Below are positions 47,958 through 59,760 of a DNA stretch of 59,760 nucleotides, piece by piece. Below the pieces are notes generated by a model. That model saw only the letters and a program-made list of their open reading frames with translations, was not told the DNA's origin and did not search any database. Position numbers and translations under genes: made by a program. How positions within the stretch are numbered: the stretch's first letter is position 1; each line of letters opens with the position of its first letter. The stretch lies in the NCBI GenBank assembly GCA_030141605.1, contig JAQGDQ010001141.1, forward strand, positions 1 through 59,760. The letters are read 5' to 3'. This DNA is from Tubiluchus corallicola (taxonomy: Eukaryota; Animalia; Priapulida).

Positions 47958-48146
47958 AGTCAAACCTTGTTTACAATGCCCCTCTCCCCATTATAATACC
48001 TCACTTAACGACCATATTTTTGGCAAAGCAAATATTTATATTTTTATAGACATGTATTTATTAATGCACCTGGTTATAATGCCAAATTCGCTTAATCCCA
48101 ACTTTTTTGCAGTCCCAACTTTAGGTGGTATAAAGAGGCTGACTGT
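47958..48146. mobile_element. short pogo/Tigger-like MITE
   Basis: Imperfect inverted ends agtcaaaccttgtttacaatgcc / ggtataaagaggctgactgt. Confidence 0.5.
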
Positions 48147-51100
48147 TACTGTATTAATACTACATAATTCTGTTCTAATTTAGTTCATTCATACTGCACA
48201 TGAAGCAAAGTTTGATAGTCATCGAACTCCAATATTCACGGTAGTACAAACACGTAAATTTATTCAAAATAACAACATGAACATATTTATGAAGAAAACG
48301 ATGTAAAAGAAAAAAATGTAATTTTGATTGCCAAAGTGGCAGACTTGACTCGCTTAACGAAAGCTAACTGCTTGATTCAAGCAAGAATAAATGATCTAAT
48401 TAAACGTAAAACAGGTACAAAATATTCAAACCTTGTCAAACTACTATATGCTAAAGTACATTGCCAACAAAATAGGAACTATACTGGACTTACGTTGTAA
48501 CCTATAATAAAATCTAGTATTTTTTCTTATTAAGCTGTTTAAAAATTTCAAGTCATACTTACAAAAGACCAATTATTATAGTTTAAAATAGGACATTCTA
48601 TAAACATTCTGATATGTATGATTTGATAATGTACAATAATGATATGAATAAAAGTAGTATTACACAAATACACACAGGTCGACTATTAGAGAATTGTAAT
48701 TACAGGGTCATTATAAAATCCACAAAAACCAAAGAATCTTAAAACAAAACTAAGCTTTCTGTAAAATACGAGGAAAGGTGATAAGCATGGTGATGTCATG
48801 CTTGGCATTTTATGCGAGTCATATGTATTTAATTTCTGGTCATGTTAAAATGACAGATAATACAGGGTGGTACGCAATCTTTTGCTAGGGAGGGGGAAGG
48901 GTGTACAAAAACAGTGAGTACTAGTATAGATCAAAGTGTTGCTCATACAAAGTGAACTGTCAAGCCTTCAAAATATGGAAGCCTCATACATTTCACACAG
49001 CCTGAACTCTTTATGTGTATGGTAGGAACAGTAACCTGAAAACTGGGATTCATTTTTTTATTGAACTGAATGACCTGGAAATTCACAGGACCTCAAATCC
49101 GCCAAATGCGTGGATACATTCTGAAAGGCAAAGCAGGTATTAAGATGATAAAAGCCATTGAGCAGCATTCAACAGAAAACTATTGAGACATCTGTAAGCT
49201 GTGTTAGAGAATCTCCATTGGTTAAGTGGCACCCCCAAGATTGCGAGTTTTGTGAGAGTTATGAGGCTTCTGCACTAAATTATTAACAACGAACAACTGG
49301 ACAAGGGTGTGCTTTGGGTAGCTACTCAGTGGATGAGAGATTGGTACAAGAGACGGAAATCAGGGTTTACTCACCATGAAGGTGAGAAAATTTTTAACGC
49401 ATGGTAGATTTGCAATTGTTTGAACAATACTTTGATGTAATAAACTGTTCTGTGCTACAGCTTGTTGTTGTACCCCTAGCAAAAGATTGTCATTTTGCAA
49501 AATTTTCATATCATGTGGAATTTGATTGGCATCGATGAAAAATCGACAAAAATCAGCATCGATTTGTTCACCGACATTGTATTACAGGTTTATCATCAAA
49601 ATGCTTTCTGAATTTTTGTGTAATTAAGTGTAGCAATGAAAATTACATGAATAGTAGTGTCATCGTCCATGATGTGCAAAACGATTAAAACTTCTACAAA
49701 GTAATGACAACCTATCAGTACATGTACACACACACATGAATAAATAATAATAAATTATTACTTCTTTGGTTTAGTAGTGTCAGGCCAGATGTGATTCTGG
49801 CAAATGTACCCGAAAAAAACTTAATTATTTTGCACAGGAATAAATTTAAAATCATTCCAATTTGAAAGTCAATATTAAGTGGAAAAAGCAAAAACGTTCT
49901 TAAATGCAAAAATGTTACAGCCATAATCACATCAGACTAAAACACAAAATGGTGCAGAAAATATGAAAAAGCATTAGATTTGCAACTATCGTAATTACTA
50001 GTTGTAAAATTTCATGAAAGTAAATGATAAACTTTTACATGAAAAATGATGTTTCAGCTTGTAGAATGTTCAATTGGATTATAAATATTTACGTGGAATG
50101 CATCAAGTATAAATACAGTAATTATTGACAATAAAATTTAGAACTTCCATAAAAAAGTAAAGATATTATATGAACAAGTATATACAACATCACAAGGGTT
50201 ATGAATAATGTTCAATTTAAAGTGGAAACATCAGAAATCTGAAGTAACATTGAAATGGACTAGCCATAAAACTAAACACAAAATATTAAAGTGGCAATAA
50301 TAAATTCACTAAGGATAAATATATGAATTTCTAATTTAAAAGAACAACATCTTAAGCAGCATCAGTACAACAATGAATGAATGATACACAGTTTCTATTC
50401 ACTATCAGTATCAAGGTCGGATATAAATAATGACAAGTAACAATGCCACCTGGTGCAAATCAAAATCTCATAAACACTAAACAGTTTCTTAAATTAGCGA
50501 AGCAGACAGATAATTTGATAAGTCTGTCATCCATAGCATTCTGATCTTTATTTTTACAGCAAATAATGAATTTATTATTAACAATTATTTGAATGATAAA
50601 ATAATTTTACATCTGAGAAAATATAACTTGAATTCAAGTTCCTTCCATTATTACATAGTAAAAAGGTTAACAAGAAGGTCACATAGTAACCATTTCCAGT
50701 TCTTGTTGGTACAAAAAGTAGGTCTCAAATTTTCGTCTTTTTTTAATATAGACCTATTGCAATAGTGACCAGTGATATGGTTTTTCATGATATCGAAGTT
50801 TTGCTAATTATAATAAATCTATAATTTTTTGTGATCTCGGTAGATGTTAGCTGATCACTAGAAATTTAGTTCACCTTTTCTTGATAAAAAAGGCGACGTT
50901 ATTGAAGTGGTAAGAAAATCCCATTGTGTCCACAACACTACAATATCATGATGTCAGACAGAAATTGAGGTTGCAAAATTGTTATGACACTCCAATACAA
51001 AATTTCATCAGTAATTCTTCCCTAATAACACGACAAGACACTCCTCATTGTTAAACCTCTAATTTTTACTCCATAATAACTGCATGCGCCAGTCTTATGT

Positions 51101-52012
51101 GTAAATATTGATATGTCTGAAACAGTATGATGATATTTCCCCTTGCTGTATCACTTGTTTGCATTGTTTATTAAATACATCAAAACAAAAGAGGCTCATA
51201 TATTCACATAAAACAATGCGCCTGTATCACTATTACCTGCAGAATTAATATCACTGCCGAAAAGTTCCCCGAATGGTAAATCTAAACAAAATTGTATAGT
51301 AGAATTACAACAAAAGATATGTCCAAAAATGAGTTTCAGTAATAAAAACACTGAGCATCAAAGTTTATGTTACTTGAAACACGTAGTACGTAGTATAACA
51401 TCTATATGTAGCAGACGTGTGACATAAAATACGTCTAGCAAAGAAATATTATGGCAAAATATTTAAATAAAAACAACGTATATTAGTGGTGGGGAGAAAT
51501 GAGTTGATCATGTGATCAACTATAATACAATATTTGTGTAAGTACACATATTTATAAACAGTGAGCAAAGTCTTGAGTATTATGCTATATTATGACCTCA
51601 GCGATATAGAGGAATAAAATCTTCTTAACTTGCAATTAATCTATAGCAAGCACATTAAAACACATTAAATCAACTTAGGAAAACATCTACTGTCTAAAGC
51701 AGTATCAATAAAATTAAATTAAGCATTCTGTAATGTACCAAATTAGCTACACTCCAGATAAGTGATGAATAGATGCGTGAAAATGTCAATAGCGAACTTG
51801 TCAGGCTGCAGAATAGCTGAAGAGGTTGTGGTAAAAAAGGCTTGACAACAAACACTTTGTCTTTAAACATTTAAGGAAATATATTTAAAGATGCAAATGT
51901 GAGTGTTAGTAGCTAAAGACAGCTTTAATAAGACATCTAGTTAACCATTTTACCATTTTCATTAATTTTAGTTTTTTATCCTTTTCATCTTGAGCTGAAC
52001 AATCATTACATT

Positions 52013-52051
52013 CAGGGTCGAATTATGACCTTTGGGGCCTCTTGCCTAACG

Positions 52052-52121
<70 letters not shown>

Positions 52122-52497
52122 CTTTACATATTTAAAATGGATTATTAACAAACATTGCTGTCGCTCTTGCAGATCAGAAATGAAATTATGAGGCCTCCCT
52201 CAGACGGAGCCACCATCTAATTCACCTGAACCCGTATGGAATGTTTTTTACTTGAAATATATTTTAGTGACATTTACATAGCTTGAAGTAAACTTATTGC
52301 AAATTCTTTAAATAAACTAGAATTGCTTCTTTTGTTTGTCAATAAAAATATTCTTTAAGAAATTTCCATTATTTCACTATTTATTGCAAACCAAATTAGC
52401 ACAACACAACTGTAGCGAAAAAACTGATTATTTTTTACCAAATGTTAGCAAAGGTTGGGGGCCCTAGGCTGCAGCCTATGTGATAATTCAGCCCCGC
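52013..52497. mobile_element. degraded hAT-like MITE containing a (TA)n tract (52056-52116)
   Basis: cagggtcgaattat...ataattcagcccc inverted ends, with ggggcc subterminal motifs. Confidence 0.55.
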
Positions 52498-52698
52498 TTA
52501 TCACTGCATTATTACATTATAATCAGTCCTTTTGTTGGTACATGTCTTACTTTTGTTAGTGTACTTCTTTGTACATTAAAAAACTTTGTAACTGGAAATA
52601 TCACAAGTAAATAGTAAATAAACAAATTTATAAATATTAAAGTTTCATTAAATACTGAGGAAAATATTAGTAACTTATATGAACCGCTGATTGATAGT

Positions 52699-52883
52699 CA
52701 GGGTCGCCGCAGCCATGGGGGCAGAGGGGCAGTGGACCCCCTTGCTTTTCGAAAGGGCGCAGGAGCAGAGCTGACATGAACACGTGCATCTATTATTCAT
52801 TTCAAAAAGAATATGTGAAAAGCAGAATGTTCCCTTTTCATAAATGCTGCCCCCACCCCTTTAATTTGGGGCAGCTGCCCCTG
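52699..52883. mobile_element. hAT-like MITE just downstream of the CtBP-like stop codon
   Basis: cagggtcgccgc / gcagctgcccctg ends; imperfect 8-bp TSD ttgatagt / ctgatagc. Confidence 0.7.
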
Positions 52884-52910
52884 CTGATAGCTGGGCCATA
52901 TAAACTCATA

Positions 52911-53284
52911 TTAAATATGCTCATGTGCTACCTCACTGCTGGAGTTGGAATGACTGAACCCAATATCAAGAACAGTAGTAGAATGTGCAGGTTGCTGTGT
53001 GTGAGATGTTAGGGGTGGGAGTGGGTGTGACAGGTGAGGGTCAGAAAGAGGAGTGGTCGAACGAGTGACACCAACAGCTGAGATGTTAAATGCGGCGTCG
53101 TTTCCTGCTCGGGCATAAGGCAGGTATTCCTTGTTAACGCAGTTCCGCAGAGAATCGGGAATGTGTCCTGAAATGGCACGATGAATCTCGCCTGCAGCCA
53201 TTTCTCTGAGTTCTGTCAGGCTGGCATCACTGTACCAAGATACGTGAGGTGTGCAGATGAGGTTGGGGCAATCTTTTAGTGGAC
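52911..53284 (-). CDS. CTBP: C-terminal-binding protein (CtBP) family, last coding exon
   Basis: [55 protein letters not shown] matches the CtBP C-terminal core; tttttag acceptor. Confidence 0.93.
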
Positions 53285-53818
53285 CTAAAAATTATACAAA
53301 TTTAATTAAAAGGAAAACTAAGCCAAACACAATGTATTAGTAAAACTCAAGTTTTCTAAGATAACTCTGTTTAAAATATCAGGATGCTTTCACAAATTAC
53401 TTCCGTTAGGGCTACTTTGCTGATGAATGTTATCAGTTTATATTGTCATGTACGACTTCCATGGCTCTCAGACTAATAGCTTTGTTGCCACACAACTGTG
53501 ACGAATCAGTCTGTTAAGAGTCAGATGACGTGAAGCTCGTCGTCCGGCAACGTGGGTGCAAAATGGGGTAACATGAGGCACAGTAGCAATAACTTGAAGC
53601 ATATATATATAATACACACGAATTACAGGCCTTCCCAGATTTCTAATAAAGTAAAAGCTGAGAATATGAGAAAGCAGATTTAACTCAGGAAACTTGATCC
53701 AAGTGAAATGATAGAACAAACAAAATGTGACATCCTAGCTGTGAAAGGACAAAAGACACTATATTAATTCTGCTAATGGCTTTAAATATGGGCATCTGAG
53801 TGGGTGGTTGCAAATTTA

Positions 53819-55205
53819 CAGGTAAGTCGAACCTGTTATACCCCCCTCCCCCGTTATAACCCAACTATTGCCTTGTCCTGATTTCGATAATAAATTACGC
53901 CATCCTCGCCTACCGCCATCTGTCAACGTATCTGCTGTGCCAAAGGTCTGCTTTACAGTGTAAATTCACCCCGTGGTAAAGCCAGCCAAGATAAAGTACA
54001 ATGAATTGTTGCTGAAAAACAGCCATTCTGTTGCAAAAATAATGACCTCTGAACAGAAAAACAATTATGGTGTTTAAATTAAGGTTTAGGTCTCATTGCA
54101 AGTGACAGTATGAAACTGAATGCTGAAGTATAGAGCAAAGAACATGCATTTTAAGAGTGCAAGTGTTGCATAACTAAGTTTTAGTACCGAACTGATGTGA
54201 ATTTAACGGCTGTAAAAGCTCAAGGTCAAGTTATATGCGGTGGCTATTTAGTCTTAATTGTCCAGTAATGTTACATTGGGAGCATGGGTGGGTCGCGTGG
54301 CTGCATATTTCTCTTATCAGCAGTAACCAGTATTTCACAAGATTACTACTCCACGTTGTGTTAGGCAAAAGTTTTACAATGTACCATCATAGAACTACAC
54401 CTGCATTGTTAATGCAGCAAAAATGTACAGTATATAACACAGGTATTCTGGGTGGTTGTGGACTTACAGGTACAGTCGAACCTCGTTATTCCGCCCTCCT
54501 CCCCCGTCATAATGCCAACTATTGCTTGTTCCGATTTACGTAACACATTAAATATAGGGAATGCAGCCATCCTCGCCTACCGCCATCTGTCAACTTATCT
54601 GCTACGCCAAAAGTCTGCTTTACATAGTAAATTCACCCCCCGATAATGCCAGCCAAGATAAAGTACAATGAATTGTTGCTGAGAAACAACCTGCTGAGTT
54701 TTTGAGCAAGGAACATACATTTTAATAGTACAAAGGTTGTGTAGCTAAGCTTCAGTACTGAACTGATGTGAATTTAACGGCTGTAAAAGCTGTTTGACTC
54801 AAGGAAGGGCAAGTTATATGCGACAGTTATTTATAGTCTTAATTATCTAGTAATGTTACGTTGGGAGCGTGGGTGGGCTGTGTGGGTGCATGTTTTTCTT
54901 ATAGGAGACAGCAGTATTTAGCAAGATTGCTACTTAAAATTGTGCTACCTAAAAGATTTTCAACACACCGCCGTAAAACTACACTTGCATTAATTTTGTT
55001 AATGTAACAAAAATGTACAGTGTAACACATGTATTGTTGTAAGTATTAATATTATGCTATTTATGACATATTAAAATTAACTAGGAAACAAAATAGAGGT
55101 TACAGACTGGAATGGCTCTGATATTAAATGAACCTTGTCTTACTGCCAACCAAGCTATAGCGCCATATTTAGTGGTGTCCCAGACCTGGCATTATAAACG
55201 ACCTG
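53819..55205. mobile_element. two head-to-tail pogo/Tigger-like elements (53819-54470 and 54473-55205)
   Basis: Similar to each other and to 37134-38010; ta-cagtcgaacctcgtta start; end ...acctg-ta. Confidence 0.75.
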
Positions 55206-55589
55206 TATAAAATTTTTGCAGTTAGAGCATCAGTGGCCTGACTAGTCTTGGCATTTCAAATGAAAAGTCTTAATCTAACCTATTCTCTTTCAAATTTACT
55301 TTTCAAACCACGGCCATCAGGCGAAATAGAGGGTTCACCCATTTTTTCACAAAACTCATAGGGTTGGATGACACATCTGATGATGGGAGTAATAGTCACA
55401 GGCAGATTTTGTCGGATTCCCAGCTGTTGATTCTCAAATAATTTGCCTAAACATCATAAACGAAAGAGTTCATGCATGAAATCTCACAAGGAAAGAGATT
55501 TGTGGTTCTCTGGAATTACGAGAAAATGAGTAATGGCCTAGCAATTTTTCTTACAGATGCTTATTTAGCAGCAAAATTTTGGCTGTAAA

Positions 55590-56136
55590 CTATAACATAC
55601 AACTTTATCTTACGACTCATGCAACTTTACGACTGTTCGCGTTTACGACCTGACCACATTGTTTTTTAAATTAATTAATTATACAAAACTAATATTTGAT
55701 TTCTACAAGTTACACAAATTTTAAATTATTTGATTATTTGTTGAGAACAAAATGATAACGTAACTGATGGTTTTTTATTATTATTTTTTTACTTTGCTTT
55801 AGCAAATTAACAAATTTTTTCTTTTTAACATGTACAGCTTGATGTAATTTATTGTAATTCTATGTTTTTTCTTTTTGTATTTATTGTACTGTGTACGAAT
55901 ACGAATAAATGATATAAATAAAAATAAATAAGAGCTCATTATTTCCTTCTTTTTTTTAAGAAAATTAGTTTTAAATCACAATCTGTTGCAACAAGTTCAT
56001 CAGTAGGCACCATCTTAATGTGCGTACACATACAACAGCTTATGCACCACTTGAACAAACGGGTCCAACTTTCGTCCAAGTAGTCTTGCGACCAATTCAT
56101 CGGAAATGATTCTGGTCGTAAGTCGATGACTACCAG
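55590..56136. mobile_element. pogo/Tigger-like element related to 28637-28947
   Basis: Right TIR ggtcgtaagtcgatgactaccag-TA; ttacgac motifs at the left end. Confidence 0.55.
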
Positions 56137-56769
56137 TACAAATTAACATTTGTTTTCATAGTTATTTTGGTGATGACTGCCCAATGTAAAAGTATAAATT
56201 TCACCGCAACTGCTCCGGGTCTATTTATAATAATACTTTTAAGAACCAGTTTTCATTTGATGATTCGACAAGCTATCCACTATGATATTTTATTCTATAA
56301 GTATGTCACATCTCACCCAACCCTTGAATAACTGCAATTTTGGTAATATTTCGATCTTATACTACCTTATACGAAGATCTACCATAAATCGACGTATTCC
56401 TTTAACACAGTAAAGTGATCTTGCATCAAAAGTGTAAGTTTACATACTTTAGTATTATACTAATGCAATTACGGGTGCAATCAGCGGAGGAATCATACGG
56501 AAACCCACCATCTACTACGAAATTGCGTTGTCAAATGACTGTTCAAAATGCCTCACGCTAAGATTATGCAATATTCGAAATGACGAATTCGAAAGGTTAA
56601 ATTTCGCAAAAATTTGACTATTTCAGGTGGTTCACATGACTCGCAAATACACTATCCCATTTAAAATATAGGGAAGGACAAATCATAGACAATAGGTAGT
56701 ACGTTGAACTCAATCACAGTTAAAATGTTTGAAATGTCTACTGTATAACATCACGGTTGAATGTTACTA

Positions 56770-57060
<291 letters not shown>

Positions 57061-59760
57061 TTAAATAGTTTCTATTAAAGAACTAGTATAAATATCTCTA
57101 AAAATATAATTTGCCTTTTAACTTTATAGCTATTAAAATCTGTACTGTATAGTAATAGAAAAAATAGTGTATCTTCATAAATGTCTTTAAAATGTTTTTA
57201 CTGTTAAGTAATTTAATAGTAAATATTTATCCAATCTTGTCTTTTCTAATGTAAAGCATGCGAGCACTTATCAGGCCTAGATGGTTGACTTAGGCCTAGA
57301 GTCAGGGATGAGAATGACAAATTGCAAAATACTCTGAAACAGGCCGGGGGTTTTGGGGCCATCTAAGCCTCCAATGGGGTTGAAGGACAAAGCCCCCTTG
57401 GAGCCAGCAACAAACGGCAATTTTGTGACCAAAGAGACCCTCTAAGTGGACTTAAAATATCAATTACCTTGTTTCGTGCATAATTTAAAATACCCAACTA
57501 TCAAGGTACCTAACACATGATATACCCAACACATGATACCTAAATGTCTCAAAAACGCCTAATGACTGGCCGCTCCTATGCAAAAGTATATAAAAATATA
57601 GAATTATAGGCACTGTTCTATTGAGGGGAATATTGGCTATACAGTCATGCTATTTGTTTAAACATTTATAAGTGATTTAATTCTATGAAATTAAGGAAAA
57701 TACATCGTCTTCAGGCACTCCAGCTTGACCTATCTAGTAGCTTAGTCTGGTGTACACTTGCCTGATCGTACACACTAATTTATTGATCACCTGCTTGCTA
57801 CAGTCCAAGCTGTGCATTGTTCTGCTGCTATTCCAGGGAAAACCAACCGATCAGTCAAGGAAAAATTAAGGTCATTTCATCTTTTAACAGGAATTTCTTC
57901 TTAAAAATAGAATAGACTTAAGGCCAAAGTTTATCAGAGTGTTTAGTTGAAATTTTCTGCCTTAGGTGATTTCACACAAGTGACACTGTACTGTACATTG
58001 TTACAGTGCAAACGCTGCAGTTGCTGCAAACCTTTTACAATTTATCTCTCAAAAATCGATTTTTAATTTGTCTAAGGTCAGCAAATGCATTGTATGTATA
58101 AGTTTGCATGAAAATTCATTGTAGGATGAGTAGAAACCTACAACAATTGTCAAATATGATGCAATCGCTGCTTATTAAGAGCAGTTTTTCATGAACTTAT
58201 TCAAGATGTAGCAAACGGTCGTGAAGGAGTCAATAATACTGTTTTTTTACTTATCCACCCTCGGTGTTTTTACAGAGTGATTAATTCAGCTGGTCCACTG
58301 AACCCAGTTCCCGAAAATATATGGAATAATAGATTATCAGTCTTTCCAAGAAGACCAGCTTGCGGCAGAATGATCTGGCTAACTTCAGCAATGGAAATAA
58401 TCTTGAACAACCTGTTTGTCTGCCAGAAGCAGTAAAAAAACGAGTTTTAAAGTAAATGCCCAGTTATTTTTATCATATGAAAACCAACTTCTTAAGGAGA
58501 AGAGGAATAATTTAATCTTATACGCCCGTTTTTTTGCGCACAACTTACGTGAATTAATTAATCAAACGCGTCAGATCTCATCAATTTGAACTGAGGTACT
58601 GAATCTGCATTCACCAAATTGACGTCTAACATAATGTCAATCATTTTCATTGACTGTCCAATCAGCGTGCAAGTTATTTCACACACCCCTGCAGCAGGTA
58701 CGTTCGGGACATTTAGCTACAGCTCTGTCTAAACTGTTATGAAAAATACTCAACTTTTCATTAGTTAGTGGTAGAAATATAAGCCTGTTTCTGGATTTTA
58801 ATATTGTCAATTGAAATTGTAGGTGAATTGGGTGGAAATATATAGTCACGTTTCGTTTGTAGGAAAAAATTCACAACGCTTGCGTTTATGAGTTGCTGAT
58901 TAAACCATTTTGTAATCAAGAAAATGTGCAGTTTAGTTTAGTTTATGGCTTTGCAAGTTAGATAAAACAACTATTTGATCAACTTTAAATAAGGACAAAA
59001 CAAAATGTTTTCTTTTCTGGCCAGTTTTTATAAACCTCAATGAGATCTTCACAGTCAAAATTAATCCAAATGTGGTCAAAACTCATATATCATACATCAA
59101 TGTAATATTAGCTAATTTTACGCTATTTTTCTGTTTGTAATCAAGGTTAAATGATTACCATTGGGACTTATGTGATTCGGGAATTCAATATAAGGGTCGT
59201 CTATGGAATGGAACAGTCAAATCTATTCCATTTCCATAGCCTGACAAACGTAAAAATATAAAAACTTGATAAATCTTGCAGACGAGCATATTATCAATTC
59301 ATAAAGAAAAATACATCGCAGGTTTGATGTTTGTTTGCTTAAAAGCAAGAAAGACTTTGTTGCTCATTTATTGTAAAGCAAGGCTAACTGGCTTAGTTTC
59401 TTTATTATACTTATGTCTCTGTATTTTGCAGTGTTTGAAACTTCGTCTCTACATTCTGTTTAAATTGAAAAGTCATTTTTTTAGCTAATTGAAGTGTTAA
59501 TTTTGTGTTAAAGTCGGTGCTGCTCTGCAAATTTATGTTTAAGAAAAACGGTAACCAGTTTATCTGCTGATTAGACATTGGTTGTGACTGTCATGTTGTT
59601 TAGTTTAGCTTAGAGAGTTGTTGTCCTGCCTGCGCTGTTGTCCCGAATGCTGCTGAGCTTGATTACGTCACAGCGGAGGCGGAGCGATAGACAAATATGT
59701 TTGACGTCAATTTCGGCTGCGAATTGTGAATGACGTCACAGCAGAATTTTCCGAAAAGCA

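Overview
AT-rich, intron- and repeat-rich animal (probably invertebrate) nuclear DNA, not prokaryotic. Spliced genes reconstructed by hand: (1) three minus-strand exons of an EGF + PKD + REJ-type (polycystin-1/REJ-like) protein at 3.5-7.5 kb; (2) a probable unannotated three-exon plus-strand gene at 9745-11022; (3) a complete nine-exon SF3B4/SAP49 gene (17874-31651, +); (4) a complete eight-coding-exon PUS1 (TruA family) gene (35137-45868, +), whose third intron appears to be a rare AT-AC intron with a U2-like donor; (5) the last two coding exons of a CtBP-family gene (minus strand), with the catalytic Glu replaced by Gln. Mobile DNA: a near-intact CR1/L2-type LINE (11.3-16.3 kb), an RTE 3' fragment, a 5S-rRNA-headed SINE with a target-site duplication, and piggyBac-, Harbinger-, hAT- and pogo/Tigger-like MITEs. 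There are also 24-, 41- and 44-bp tandem arrays. Most long ORFs in the supplied track, other than the LINE ORFs, are repeat artefacts. Homology calls come from recognising motifs by eye; no database searches were run.
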